A stretch of DNA of 63,259 bases, counting the filler, from Choristocarpus tenellus KU-1152 (taxonomy: Eukaryota; Protista; Phaeophyceae): assembly GCA_964200185.2 (NCBI GenBank). It is 12 parts of 12 records of this genome, joined end to end, with 100 filler letters (N's around TTAATTAATTAA, not from the genome) between each part and the next. Parts side by side here need not be neighbours in the genome. Positions count along the whole stretch, not along the records: positions 14,015 to 19,173 come from CAXNAD020011665.1; positions 19,274 to 23,279 come from CAXNAD020016698.1; positions 23,380 to 26,579 come from CAXNAD020021591.1; positions 26,680 to 30,616 come from CAXNAD020017048.1; 8 more parts are not named here. One strand, given 5' to 3'. The notes beneath the pieces are model-generated. The model saw only the letters and a list, made by a program, of their open reading frames with translations, was not told the DNA's origin and made no database searches. Positions 14,642-27,074 of the stretch are shown here, piece by piece. Position 1 is the stretch's first letter. Each line of letters starts with the position of its first letter. The position numbers and the translations under genes are program-made.

Positions 14642-17600
14642 CTGGCACACTGTATGTCCCCAGACAGTCTCCGCCAGGACCCCACACCCGGACTGTCCCA
14701 TCATTGGAGGAGCTGCAGAAGGCCACACCCTCATTCCCAGCATCGGCCACAGAGCAGAGGTCACGTATTGAACCAGCATGCTGTGTCAAGCTGCGTACCT
14801 CCTATGTTTGTTTGTTTGTTTGTGTGTGTGTGTATTTGTGTGTGTGTGTGTGTATTTGTGTGTGTGTGTGTGTGGGCACGCGAGTGTGAGTATGAGTAGA
14901 TATAAGCATTACTCAACTTCTCCTTTCAAGAAGTATGCTGACGACAGCATGATATGGTAGTTAAAACAAATGTTCAGATTTTGTTGAGAAAATAATAAGA
15001 TTAGGATTAGTACTTATCCAAGACTTGACATCGTTTTCTTGCATCAAAAATAGCTTGTAACAACTCAACATAAACACGGTAATACTCTGTGATGTATGAG
15101 GGGAGGGGGGAATAGGGATGTGACCATATATAGGCCTGTCATGCATTTATATGAAAGAAGATGGTGAGTAGGTCAGAAAGCAATCAAAAATGAGGGACTA
15201 GAGCAAAAGGGGGGGATCTTTGCAGCGAGCAGATTTAGTGCAAATACCGAATTCGATCACGAAGGAGCAGTCTTGTGAACCTGAATCTGGTACTGGTGAA
15301 ACAAATGGCTGCACTCCAATGACCTATTTTGAAACACCATCACAATATATTGCAGCACTTACAAAGCGGTGTTTTCAATTGCTTTTTGCCACAAAAAAAA
15401 GAATGTGTAAATTGAAAAAAAAGTTTGACCAAAATAGACAACATGATAAAATAGTCGTAAACTGGAATGGAAGGAAGAAAACACATGCACCACTTCAGGT
15501 TTATGGTACAAGCAACATCAGAGCCCCTTGATTCTCATGAATGTCTCAAAAAAAATACCACGAGTGCATCATCAATCAACCTAAATATTGTGTTATTATC
15601 TTCTCTGACAAACCTCCAATAAAACCCGTGGTTGTTCAGCACACTCTGGTTGCTACGGAGCATTCAAGATTTTTCAACATTCCAGGTCGCGCCAATTTGC
15701 AAAGTCAAGCACAACATCAGAACAATATCAAACTGGATAAATGGAAACAACCAGTGGCAGCATTCAACAGAAACCCAACAAAAATGAATCAACACAGAAA
15801 AAAAATTGAAGAAAAACAATGTATAAATACTCTTGGAAAAATAAAAATTGGGACGTCTGTTTCCATCTATAGCTGAAAATGTACCATTTCATAACAGCTG
15901 AAAAACAACCACACAACACAGCAGCACCACACAATGCCACCCTGCGTGGTTTGGGGTGGGGAAGGGGGGGCAGGTATTGATGAATCTTGAAGCATTCACA
16001 CACGGACAGGAGCAGGTGTTTTTGCTATCACATGTGACACAAGGTGTATCAAGACTCAGCAACGTATCAAATCTACCTCATTATCCTCTCCGTGGTTCCA
16101 AGAATACTCTCTCGCCTTAAGCTCGGCCTTTACACTGCAATCTTCTAAATCATGTCCCCATCCCAGTCACCTCCCCAAGGAAATCACAAAAAAAAAAACC
16201 CTGCCCCCACCCCCTCCCTCTCCTTCTCCGTCCCCTTCCCTCAGTGTCAAGCCCGACCCCAAGCCTTTCCAGGTAAAGCCAAATCTAATTTCATGGCTCG
16301 TTTTGACTCAAGTACAAAATCAGACTACTGAAACAACCCCAGGGCGTTTATATTGTATTGTTCGGTTCAAGCAGGGATTCTGGGCTACCTCTCTAAAAAG
16401 AAAAACGCTTTTGTTTCTGCTGACATACCTTCGGCGGCGTTCCCTGCCAAAGTCGGATCTGGTAACCTAAAAGCTTTCCCTCCACCACAATGCCTGTAGA
16501 GCCAGTGGCAATGAGGCTAGAGGCCAACCCAAGGACAGACACATTGTTCTGCACAATTACAATGGGAGAGGCGTGAGAAAAACAATTGGAATGATGGAGA
16601 AGAGTAGTTCCACGAGGTCAAACTAGCTACACCAATGGTTAGCACAACCGATACTGCAGTATGCATGTTTGTTTCACCGCCATATTTTCAACATGTGCAT
16701 TTCACTGCAGTGGATACTTCCTAAGAGCAACAAAGCACAGAGAAAACAATTCACCAAAAAGCAGGAATGACGGCATGACTGGTTGACGGAAAAGATATTT
16801 GAAAATGAAAACAATCAACAGTCTGAAAAACTGCAAAAAGTAGCTGGAGCAATCACACCAGTATTCCGTCCTTCGCTTTGTCTCACAGTCCCTTGCCAAC
16901 ATGATAGCCCCTCATACCACCCCACCCCTCAATCACACCTCTAGGCAAATCTCCCCATACAAGAAATTAAAAGGGCGTAACAATCTCCAGAAACTGTGTA
17001 TGCGTGCACATCCATGACCACAACGCTTACATCGAATACACCAAATGTTCCCCTCCCCACTTCAACACACTACAAGTTCCCCTGGTGCAGATAAATTCAC
17101 TCTAGTGACTCCTCCAGCCTCTTGACCTCACTGTACCTCATGCCCGCCAAGAACCCACGTGCATGATCCAGAGTCGACATCCCAGCCTCTTGCTGTGTCA
17201 TCCCAAGACCCCGAGAGTAGCAGGCCAGAACTGGTCCATGATAGTGAGCAGATCGGTGCTGAGTGCCCCAGAAGAGTCCTACCCACAGAGAAGAGGGTTG
17301 CAAGTATATTGATGCAGAATACATTGATTGGTAAATGAGAAGGGGGAGTAGGAGGGGCAGGCAGTGCAGGGTGGTAATTGAGACTCTGGGTGGATTCTGA
17401 TGAAAGAAGCCCTAAGCGAAATGTTGTGGTACAGAACAGTCCTCACTGACGAAAGTGAGCTGCAAATAACCTGTAAAAAATAAGGAAAATGAATGGGTCT
17501 GCGCCGCCCAGGCAGGTCACAGAACAGTCGCATGAAACTCCTTGAACGCCTCGCTGAACGTGAAAAATATTGGTGCAAGATGAAAAAGTTATGAACATCA

Positions 17601-18515
17601 AACCATCAGATAACGCCCAGTCCTAATATCCGACGTCTCACTTGATGACCAAAGGCTATGGCGGTGACTACCAATTTGGTTGGGCCAGCTTGCAACGCAA
17701 CACGGGTATTCTCACTGTTTGACGTCAAGCGTGGGGGGACTTCTCTGCTCCTCCCACTGGAGGGTGTAAATCCCCCCGTCTTTGCAGCCTGCGACGATTA
17801 AATCGTCATTTGACCCAAATATTCTCATCGACGATGCCGGTTGTGAGAGATGGTGGGACGGGCGAACAGTCATAGCATTAACCCAATCACGCAGCCTAAT
17901 CTCAGTGGTGGGGCAGGAATGCACACCACAAATGTGCCCTGCCTTTTCTCATGCATTGAAGAAACAACGCCCATCGCAAAACATGGGAAAGTTCAGAAGT
18001 TAGGGTTAGACTGACTGCAGAGACGGACGGGAGAAGCTTGGAGGGAAAAATACTAGGATACATGTAGGGGAGTTGACGAGGAACAGGGAACATACACACC
18101 ACTATATAAATGTTTATCAAATGGTTCAACATCAACACTGAGTCCCTAGAAACAATCGGCATGTTGATTGCGAAACTAGCTTGCAAAAGCTGATAAACGG
18201 GCATGAAGTATGACATACAGTTTGCCAGTATGGTAAAACCAAAAACGATGCAATATATTGCCGTTGCTGTAGTAGAACAAAGCTTCACATAAATCGAGAT
18301 GCCAGAAAACTCACCCCATCGAGCGCCCAAGCTTTGACGATGCAGTCCCGAGATCCACTATAGAGATAAGATTTTCCTATGGCCAGGCTCCTCACGTCAT
18401 CTGTGTGACCTACCAGAGCAGCACAGAGGTAGAGAGGTGAAAGTGATCCAGAAGCCAATTCTGGCACTTGGATCTGGTCTGCCATGGGTACCTCACTCTC
18501 CTTCCATTCTTCCAT
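14642..18515 (-). CDS. WD40-repeat protein, PLAA/Doa1/Ufd3-like, 5' part (exons 18515-18315, ~17942-17716, 17278-17137, 16548-16429, 14801-14642)
   Basis: Spliced product has WD repeats LVGHTDDVRSL..SGSRDCIVKAW, LLGHSAPICSLSWTSSGLLLSGSWDDTARGWD, GHENNVSVLGL..IATGST and HAGSIRDL..CSSSNDGTVRVWGPGGDCL, in the order of the PLAA N-terminal propeller. Phases are compatible; the exon-2 acceptor is a weaker AAG. PFU and PUL domains not seen. Confidence 0.82.
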
Positions 18516-19273
18516 TTTCTCCCTCGATTTTCCGTTAAGGCAGGACTGAAAAAATATCCCTTATCGTTGTAATTCCTAAGCTTCACGGTCGATGTCTGGT
18601 GTATGTAGAGGGTCTTCAACAAGAACTAAAAGTTCCAGCCGGACCTACACCTATATTAGTAATAATGAACAAAATTGATTGTTCAACTCTTCAGGACGGG
18701 CGGTGGTTGGGCGGGTGACTCTCATAAATCAAATGAAAGATAAAATAACCCCAACTTTACATTTGTCAAAATATATTCTTAGTATTTGTAGAGAGTTGAA
18801 ATATGGCTATATACTTCATTTATTGTACTCTATCAAATGATTGACATATACAAACGCAAACCTTCAAACATTTTTGTCTTGTATACTTTCACGTACTAAA
18901 CCATTATTTTGTTTTGCTCACAAATTCTAGATTATTATTTGCTTATTCCTTGTTTGCCATTCCTCTATTCTCCATTCCCCATTTCATAACCAACCAGTAA
19001 CAGCCTCTCAGCAAAATTGAGGATGGAGCATACTATGGAGGATGGGTTTCACCCCAAATTGTCGTGGTAAAAGTGTCGGTATGATTTTTTTTTGTAAATG
19101 TTGCGGCACTTTTTAAGAGCCCCGCTACGAATGGGATATATTTTTGTTCAAAACTATTTCGGTGCTTGTGGAGNNNNNNNNNNNNNNNNNNNNNNNNNNN
19201 NNNNNNNNNNNNNNNNNTTAATTAATTAANNNNNNNNNNNNNNNNNNNNNNNNNNNNNNNNNNNNNNNNNNNN

Positions 19274-19366
19274 ATTACGAAACATTTTGGAGTCGGAAAA
19301 TGTCATAAAAAAACCCATGGGAAGCCAAACAGGGAAAAATTCGTACCCTCTAAGATAGTTTCACTC
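19274..19366 (+). mobile_element. MITE family A, partial (right end) at contig edge
   Basis: GGAAAATGTCATAAAAAAACCCATGGGAAGCC...CGTACCCTCTAAGATAGTTTCACTC. Confidence 0.8.
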
Positions 19367-22300
19367 AATTGTGGCTTTCTTCTTGGCAAAAAGGTTTCAT
19401 TTTTACCGTCAGATACAATGGGGCGAAATTAATTAAAATGCTCTCGACACTGTTCCAAATTTGCTAAACAATCAATCGAGTAGCTTGTGAAATATTGAGA
19501 TACCACTGTTAAAATCGGAGGCTAGAAAGCTAACTCAGAACAGTCTGTGGGCCATCACCCTGCTGATCATGTGCCCCTCCCCGAGTGGTCATCTCAACCT
19601 TCATGTTCCCCTTCAGTCCGATCCTGGACCTCTTTCTCACACTATCTTTATCCTCCAGCTGGGATTCGGCCCCACAGCCTCTGATCTTGTGACACATTGA
19701 GGTCGCTCCCAACCAGCAGAGAAACAAGAGTGGTAAGGTTCGGGTGTAAATCGAACTATTTTTCGAACAGTTTGGAATGGGGGATAAGGTCATGTTCGGA
19801 AACTTACTTGGACAGAGTGATGATCACAGTTGGACATCAGGGTAAAAAGGGTTCGGGATAGATTAATACAGAGGTTACACAACTCTGCCTTTTTCCTTTG
19901 TTCTCAAAGTTGTCTTGATAGTAAAATGGAAATTACAGAGTCAGTTTATTTACTCTTCCTTGTGCCTGGCATATGATACCACACTATGCACTGTTTCTTA
20001 CGGGCCCACCGAGTTAAGCCTTGCTAAAACTAAGACCCAATTTGATACCCTAGAGATATTTGTACTGCATGATACGGACACATACAGCAACCCCAATTTT
20101 CTTTAAAATATTGATAAAAAATATATACATTTTGATATTGATACAGCAAAAGACTTTGGACACTGCCAACCAACATCGACAAGTTGGCCAACTGTAGTTT
20201 ACAACACACAGTGTCGCTCGATTTATCAAGTGTAGTGAGTACAGTTTGCTGCTGCTTCTATACCTGTTCACATACAACGTGTGATACCAACCATGTCATT
20301 CTTTTGTTCAGCTTTTTGGATGTTTCATAATTAAAGGATCAAGGTCATGCAATAATATATTGTGCACCGTGACTCAACTCTGTATCGACCCTAATAAATA
20401 CTGTGAAGATTACTCCTAAGTGACCCCACACCCTTCATCCTCATTTTCATTTACTGGGACCTACCGACTCGTGTACATCGAGGATGACAAGTGAGGTGAT
20501 GAAGTACATTTAACACGCAGAGCGTGGGCTGAGGTTGTGTAGGAGTGATCCATGCTTGTACTGCATTTCCTACCACCCTCTCCCTCGACATATAACAAAC
20601 CTTCCATTTCTTACTCTTCTTTTTACCTGTAGCCATCACTGTTAGAGTCGACTGATGTGCTCAAGGATTATGCCTGTTTCATCGACTGCATTAACCAGTA
20701 GTCACCTGACTCACGGTAAGGTAGTGTAAGCCCATCCTTCAGAAGGGGTGTTGGCAGAGCATTGCCGAATATTCTGACAGGCATTAATCCACTCTATCTA
20801 TCTAGACCTGCCCAAGCTACCTACCATAAGTTGCAACTAACTATGCATACTGGAGTCGAGGACATCGCACACCTCACCAAAAAATCTCAGTAGAGTACAG
20901 TTGCACTATTTACTATCTCACAGACTGTCTGTACCAGAACATGTATTGCACCAGATTTGCTGGAGATGTGGAGTTCAGCACGCAACTCTGTCATGAAGAA
21001 GCCCTTGACTTAGGCATACTACACCTAACGAGAAGGATAAGCAGACTGGACTTTGGACTTTGGATTTATCGCATATCTACCAATGAGCACACACTTGTAC
21101 ATGTTCTACCAAAACCAAGGTGTTACACTCCAACGCTTGGGACCAATTGTGTTGCCTGTGTAACGTCAGTTTTCTAGGGCAAAGGCTCAGGGCCCATATT
21201 TCTGGAACACCAGTTGTGAGGGCTGCAGTCACAGTCACTTAGAGTACAAGGTTCGTTATCCGGGACAGCCCCCAGTGCTATACTCTGTAGTATATGTTGT
21301 GCAGGGAACACTCGGGGTCATTTTCTGTGTAACGTCCATTGTCCAAACAAAGACTGAGTCCATTTCCCATGAAACATCTAAGATCAGGACAATGCTTTGT
21401 ATAATGTAACTTTAAAATGTTGAGTTGTGATATGCAAAGCTTAGTTTGTCCGAGGTATGATATATGTGTGCATATATACCATACCTCAGCACTAACAGGA
21501 GCATGACCATCCGTCAGCAAAAGGCAAAGTACTGTTCGAGAACTCTAGAACTCCCCCCCTCCAGCGCACATAGCCAGCACTCACCTCCTCAACAAGTATC
21601 TGAACACTATCTTAGCGGGCATGCTTGTTGCTTCTTACAGGGCTGAGGAGTAGGGAGAGTGACACGCAAGGTTGGTCTGATGAAGAGACGGGGTAGCTCT
21701 GACAATAGCTCCAGGATGAGTACGAAGAAAATGATCTGAAGCGTTAAGTTGACCTCCCTGCAGAATTTGTTCTTGCAACAGATGAGGGTGACTGGAAAGG
21801 CATCCTTGTTCCTTTGCCGATGATAGTGGTGTTGGCAACAGAGAGCGATCGTACAACCTCATATTTGGTGAGATAATCCTCAATCAGTTGTGGGTCTTTA
21901 CAATTATTGAAGCTGCCTTGAAAGTAGAACTCAGTAGTGTACCTCCAACTCCAACAAGATAAATGCTTTTTTTCTTCTTTCCGTTCACAACTGACTCAGA
22001 AACATTTTGTGGGATCCATTTATGTGTGAACTTACAACTATAGAGCATTGCACTTAATCTTGCATATGTTTGTCGCAGGAACAATAATAGTAATGTCCTC
22101 GCTGTGCTCTTTAAGTTAGCAAATAATGTTTATTGTTTAATGTATAATGTCAAAATCTTGAGGTTACAAAGTGCATGACGCTAAGAAACTAGGTCCATGG
22201 CTTCTCTGTCTTTGCCATGTGCTCCGGACCTTGTAGATGGACTTCCTTGATCTCTTGAACCTTGATTTCTGATACTCTACAACAGGCTTGTCTTGATGAT

Positions 22301-22852
22301 AATGAAAGCACCTGATAAGAACTTCTGGGGTGCGTGGGATAGAGTGTGAGAAAATCTGGGCTGTTTTGCTTCTTTAATGTTGATCTTGTCCACATTTCAA
22401 AAAGAAACATTCCTCAAGTAGTGGTGGAAGTATTATCATCACTCGATGTAGAAGCCATAGCTAGCATCTAATTCAAAGTCATAATATTGAACCTTCACCA
22501 CCTCCAGTCTTCCTCTTCCACCTTCTCACTCCATATCCTTAGGTTGATATGTGACTTCTTGTTACTATCTGGTTTAGTGATCCTATGGAGATGACAAACC
22601 CACGTCAATGTGACCTACCCATTTCTGTTTTCGTCTTCGTTGTAATAGTGCGTTTGTCTGCCTGAAATTCTGTTTCTCTAATTCTACTCGGAATACTGTG
22701 TTGGTGTCCTGCACGATTTATGTATGTGATGCGTTTTTCTGAACGTGTCTAGATATTTGGTTGGATCGATGTACACTTTGATAGTAGGACGCTCACTGCA
22801 GTCTCAAGTAGTATTGCAAGTCTATCTTTCTTTTGTTGTTTGAAGTGCTCGT

Positions 22853-23279
22853 TGTTGAAACCTGAATGGAATGCTTCGTACATGTAAGCAAAATGCGTAG
22901 ACTACTAGCGATGAGGAATCATGGCGTTGCGAAGCATTGATGAGTGATATGCGTAGTCTATGTTATGTACAGGTGTGATTGTGCTGCAAAGCACCGATGT
23001 ATTTATTCTGTTGTAACTGAGGTCATTGATCTCTCATTCAAGAATTATGCGATGTGAATTCAGTATTCTTTCATGTGACACTCAACCAAACAAGTCCATG
23101 CTGTGTGGAGAGGCTTGTTACCTTGGCTGGCAAGGGTTTCTGCGGATGTTTTAAACTCTGAGTGTATTACATTCGTGTGTGTGTTTGATACACAGTTTGC
23201 AGAGAGAGAGGCGTTGATGCAATTTGAGAGATCAATGGCAGTCACGAAAGAAATAATAATCAACCATCAAAGTACAACT
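22853..23279 (-). mobile_element. LTR (3' part, truncated by gap), same family as 44479-45245 and 59698-60365
   Basis: Long reverse-complement match to ~44800-45245, ending exactly at ...CAGGTTTCAACA. Confidence 0.8.
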
Positions 23280-23539
23280 NNNNNNNNNNNNNNNNNNNNN
23301 NNNNNNNNNNNNNNNNNNNNNNNTTAATTAATTAANNNNNNNNNNNNNNNNNNNNNNNNNNNNNNNNNNNNNNNNNNNNACCCGAAAATCAATAAGTTGG
23401 TTGACAGGGTATCTAAACGCGGGATAACTATCTCAACTTAGGTTGAATAGTTCGACACAGGGATATCTCGCAACAGCTGTAACCCAACTAGAGGAGGAGT
23501 AGAGCGCGACCATCCCACCAATGTCGACAACTCTCTCAC

Positions 23540-24501
23540 CTTTTGGTACATTCTGCGGATCTCTCCTAGTGACACATCTTTCTTCTTCATCTGTCGCTTG
23601 ATAGCTTCTTTGAGCTTGTGCTGAAAATATATCTTATCGTATAATGTGCGCTCAACCACACTCTCTGTCGCGTCATTGAATGCTAGAAGCATGGCGGTGC
23701 AGTGGGGGAACGGGACAAGGGTTAGGTGGGGAGCGATCGCGGGACACACGCGGCCTGCGGCACCGAGAAACATGTTGCTGTGGACAGGAATACCACGAGG
23801 GATAAAAAAGATGAGCAACGAAAATATCCACAATGGGCTGACTGACAATGAACGTAGCAAAGGAAACTCGACAACTTCGTATATCAGAAAAGTCATCAGG
23901 CGATCACGGAACAACAATAACACTACATTACTTCGGTGCTTAGTTGATCAGAACGGTCAGGCGATTATGGAACAACGAAAACAGTCCATCACCCACCGTT
24001 GGCAATTAGCCTCTCTTCCGAATGCTCGAACTCCACGTAGTTCCGCATGGTCAAAGCGTGCTCGGGATCAAACACTCTCTTCAGCACCGTTACTCTATGG
24101 TTTCCGTCCAATACACTCCCTTCAACGGCAAGCGCAGTTTTGGCGTTTAGCTCATCCATATTACCTAAGCTTACATTATCTGGGGTCATACAAGAAGAAG
24201 CTGGGACATATCACATGCACAGATATGGTGCGTCCTTTAAAGGATGCTGGATGACAACACTCGGGGCAAACTGATCCATCCAGCCTTTCTCCTTTATAGA
24301 CTTATGAACGCGCGCAAGGCCACGCTCGCTTAAAGGACGCACCATATCTGTGCATGTGACGTGTCCTAGTTTCTTGCATGACCCCAGATAATGTTTATCT
24401 AGTAGCTAGGACATGCCAGTAGGGGGTAGGTCCTGCGTTCTGGATTCCAATCTTTTCCCATCGGCGGGTGGGTGGGTTGTTGATCTTGGAATGTTCAACA
24501 T
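23540..24501 (-). pseudogene. Spliced ParB/sulfiredoxin-like N-terminal domain gene (exons ~24501-23997 and 23682-23540), disrupted
   Basis: One frame reads DMVRPLSERGLARVHKSIKEKGWMDQFAPSVV...GSVLDGNHRVTVLKRVF, matching the ParB_N pattern (SI...G then DGxHR). A phase-1 intron (G|GTGGGT...CTAG|CA) joins RLIAN to AFNDATESVVERTLYDKIYFQHKL. In-frame stops at 24406-24408 and inside an inverted duplication. Confidence 0.6.
24173..24394. repeat. Inverted repeat, arms 24173-24240 and 24330-24394, with an ~89-bp loop
   Basis: 30-bp perfect core TCACATGCACAGATATGGTGCGTCCTTTAA (24211-24240) versus 24330-24359. Confidence 0.92.
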
Positions 24502-25219
24502 GGCAAAGATTGGGAGGGTGTGATGGGGATGGGTAAGTAAGATGTTTGCTTGGTATCTATGGAAGGGAATGAAATCGAAATGAAGACTGAGGGATGGGAG
24601 GTGCTGTTTTATGTCGTCTGACCTTTCAATCCTCAATCCTGCACATTTTTTATGAGAATTGCGTTACAAAAATACGAATATCAAACAGCATAGGATTTCA
24701 TATTGAACTGGGACAGAGGGTGTATTTTCATGACCTTTTCGGCCTATCACGTTTTGAACGTATGAGATCAATGAAGGATGTGGTTTGTATCTGTATTTGT
24801 TGGTGTAAAGATTAGAATATCATTCTACTTTTGGAAAAACCCTACCGCACGTGTTCTGAGTGCTCAACGGTAAAAGTGTTTACCAGTAACCAGGAATAAG
24901 ATAGATCCACTTTTTTTATGTTATCTAGTGTTTATTTAAACCCTATAGACGCCAAGAAGTGGATTTAAGGTTTATTTACATAGTGGATACCAGTTGGAAT
25001 GACTTCTTAGGTTTTCTGAAATTGGAAACGTGTGAGACCCCTAAAGCGTGTTCTTGGTATTTAAAAAAATACCTAAGCACGGTTTTCAGTGGATTTAGTA
25101 TTTTTTTAAACCCTAACGCACACGTAAAGTGGTCTAAAGAGAAAAAGTGGATTGTGGTAACCACTCTTTCTCTAAGAGTCACTTATTATCGACTTGTACG
25201 TTTATGGCAATCGCTATGT

Positions 25220-25991
25220 GATTCAAAGTATCTTAGAGGTTAGGGTCGAGTCTGAGTGAAACTATCTTAGAGGGTACGCATTTTGCCCTGTTTCTCCATT
25301 TAAGGCTTGGCTTCCCGTGGGGTTTTTTGTGACACTTTCCTACTCCAAAATGTTTTGGAGTAGTAGGTAAAATATAAATGTTATGAAAAGGTGTGTCCAG
25401 AACAAGGACATTGATACTTCCTAACAATATGACCAAAATTATGTCCAAATCGCAATATTAGATTTTGGCCCCCAAATGGACACAACTCTACCCTCTAAGA
25501 TACTTTGACTCTCTGTTGTCTGTTAGGGCCAAATCCAATGTTGCGATTTTGATTAAATTTTGGCTGTTGTGTATGTTAGGGAGTGTCAATATCCTTGTTC
25601 CATACACACCTTTGCATAACATAAATATTTCACCTACTCTAAAATGTTTCGGAGTCGGAAAATGTCTTTTTTTTAAATGTGGGAAGCCAAGCCCCAAAAC
25701 GGACAAACAAGGCAAAAATCGTACCCTAACCCTAACATACTTTGGCTCTCTGTTGTCTCTTTGGGACAAATTCCAATGTTGCCATTTTGATTCATTTTTG
25801 GGTGTAGTGTATGTTAACAAGTGTCAATATTCTTGTTCCATACACACCTTTTCACAACATAAATATTTCACCTACTACTACTATAAAATATTTCGGAGTA
25901 GGAAAATGTCTTTTAAAAAAACGTGGGAAGTCAAGCCCCAAACGGACAAACAGGGCAAAAAACGTACCCTAACCCTAACATACTTTCACTC
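25220..25991. mobile_element. Nested/tandem cluster of MITE family A: an inverted copy (25254-25511) inside an outer copy, plus a tandem duplicate body
   Basis: Multiple GA(G/T)T(C/G)AAA.TATCTTAGAGG termini and three copies of the internal body. Confidence 0.85.
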
Positions 25992-26129
25992 ATCATGTCC
26001 AATTCGGTAAGTTATGTACTTCAAATACACAGAGGGTTGGGGTTATTTTTTTACTCACCCTGGTTACTGTAAATTGGAAACATACAAACAAAATAAATTA
26101 GGTATGTGATTGATATCTTGAAAAATACA

Positions 26130-26480
26130 AATCACTAGTGATATAACGATATATTTTGTAGAAATAGAAATCACGGATATAATCTGATTTACAATTTCTG
26201 AAAGATGTAACGCAAGGATTTTCAGGATTGATGGGATCGAAAGGGTGGTCCCACCGATCGCCCGAGGATGAAACAAAATTGATTTCTGGACATTGGAAAT
26301 GTACAATAACAATTTATTATGTGATTGGTATCTTATCACTGATATAATTGGAATTTCTAAAAATAGAAATCACGGATATAATCTACCTTACAACTTCTGA
26401 AAAATGTGATGCACAGATTTTCAAGATCGGTGGGATCGAAAAGGTTGTCCCACCGATCATGAAAAGGATAAAACAAAGTT
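26130..26480. repeat. Two diverged ~200-bp tandem units, each ending in a GC-rich hairpin
   Basis: AATAGAAATCACGGATATAATCT occurs twice; perfect 11-bp stem GATCGGTGGGA/TCCCACCGATC at 26425-26458. Confidence 0.8.
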
Positions 26481-27074
26481 CATACGCTCGCCTTCGAATC
26501 TAGTAACTCCTACAACTTTTCACTGCCCAAGACCGCCTGTTGCTCGAAAAGACCATGCCAGTTGCTTCCACAGCAAGAGNNNNNNNNNNNNNNNNNNNNN
26601 NNNNNNNNNNNNNNNNNNNNNNNTTAATTAATTAANNNNNNNNNNNNNNNNNNNNNNNNNNNNNNNNNNNNNNNNNNNNCCCTAACCTAAAAAATATATT
26701 AATAAGTACCCCCCAGTACCCCCACCCCCCCCCCCCCCCCCACAGATACTTTGAGCCCTTTGTAGTAGTGTTCGTAGCGCTTGCTCTGCTGCTCTGTAGC
26801 TGTTGTTGCGCTGGAAGGATAGTAACGTTTAGGGATACAGTTTTTTTGTACACCTAGCTGGGTAAGACATGCTAACTGTAACGCCATGATTCCAACCTCT
26901 CCCAGTGCAAACAAGCACAAAAACGGAACAGCTAAGCACTTCTGTGCAGACCCTAATGGATGCAATTGCATTTTGTAGGCTTGAGTCATTTTCTGGTATA
27001 CCTTTCCACCCCACTCACTCCCTGGCACAACAAACAAAACACCAACTGAATGTTCGCATTTTTTTGTAATGCAG

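Noticed and set aside
14594-14960. VCVCVC/HTHTHT ORFs (also 52978-53310)
   Set aside because: Translations of intronic (TG)n/(CA)n microsatellites
23646-24254. 202-aa plus-strand ORF
   Set aside because: Antisense shadow of the ParB-like locus; its YLGSYKKKLGH segment comes from the inverted duplication
25233-26010. Repeated MAPKWT.LYPLRYFDS ORFs as a protein family
   Set aside because: They are chance translations of non-coding MITE family A
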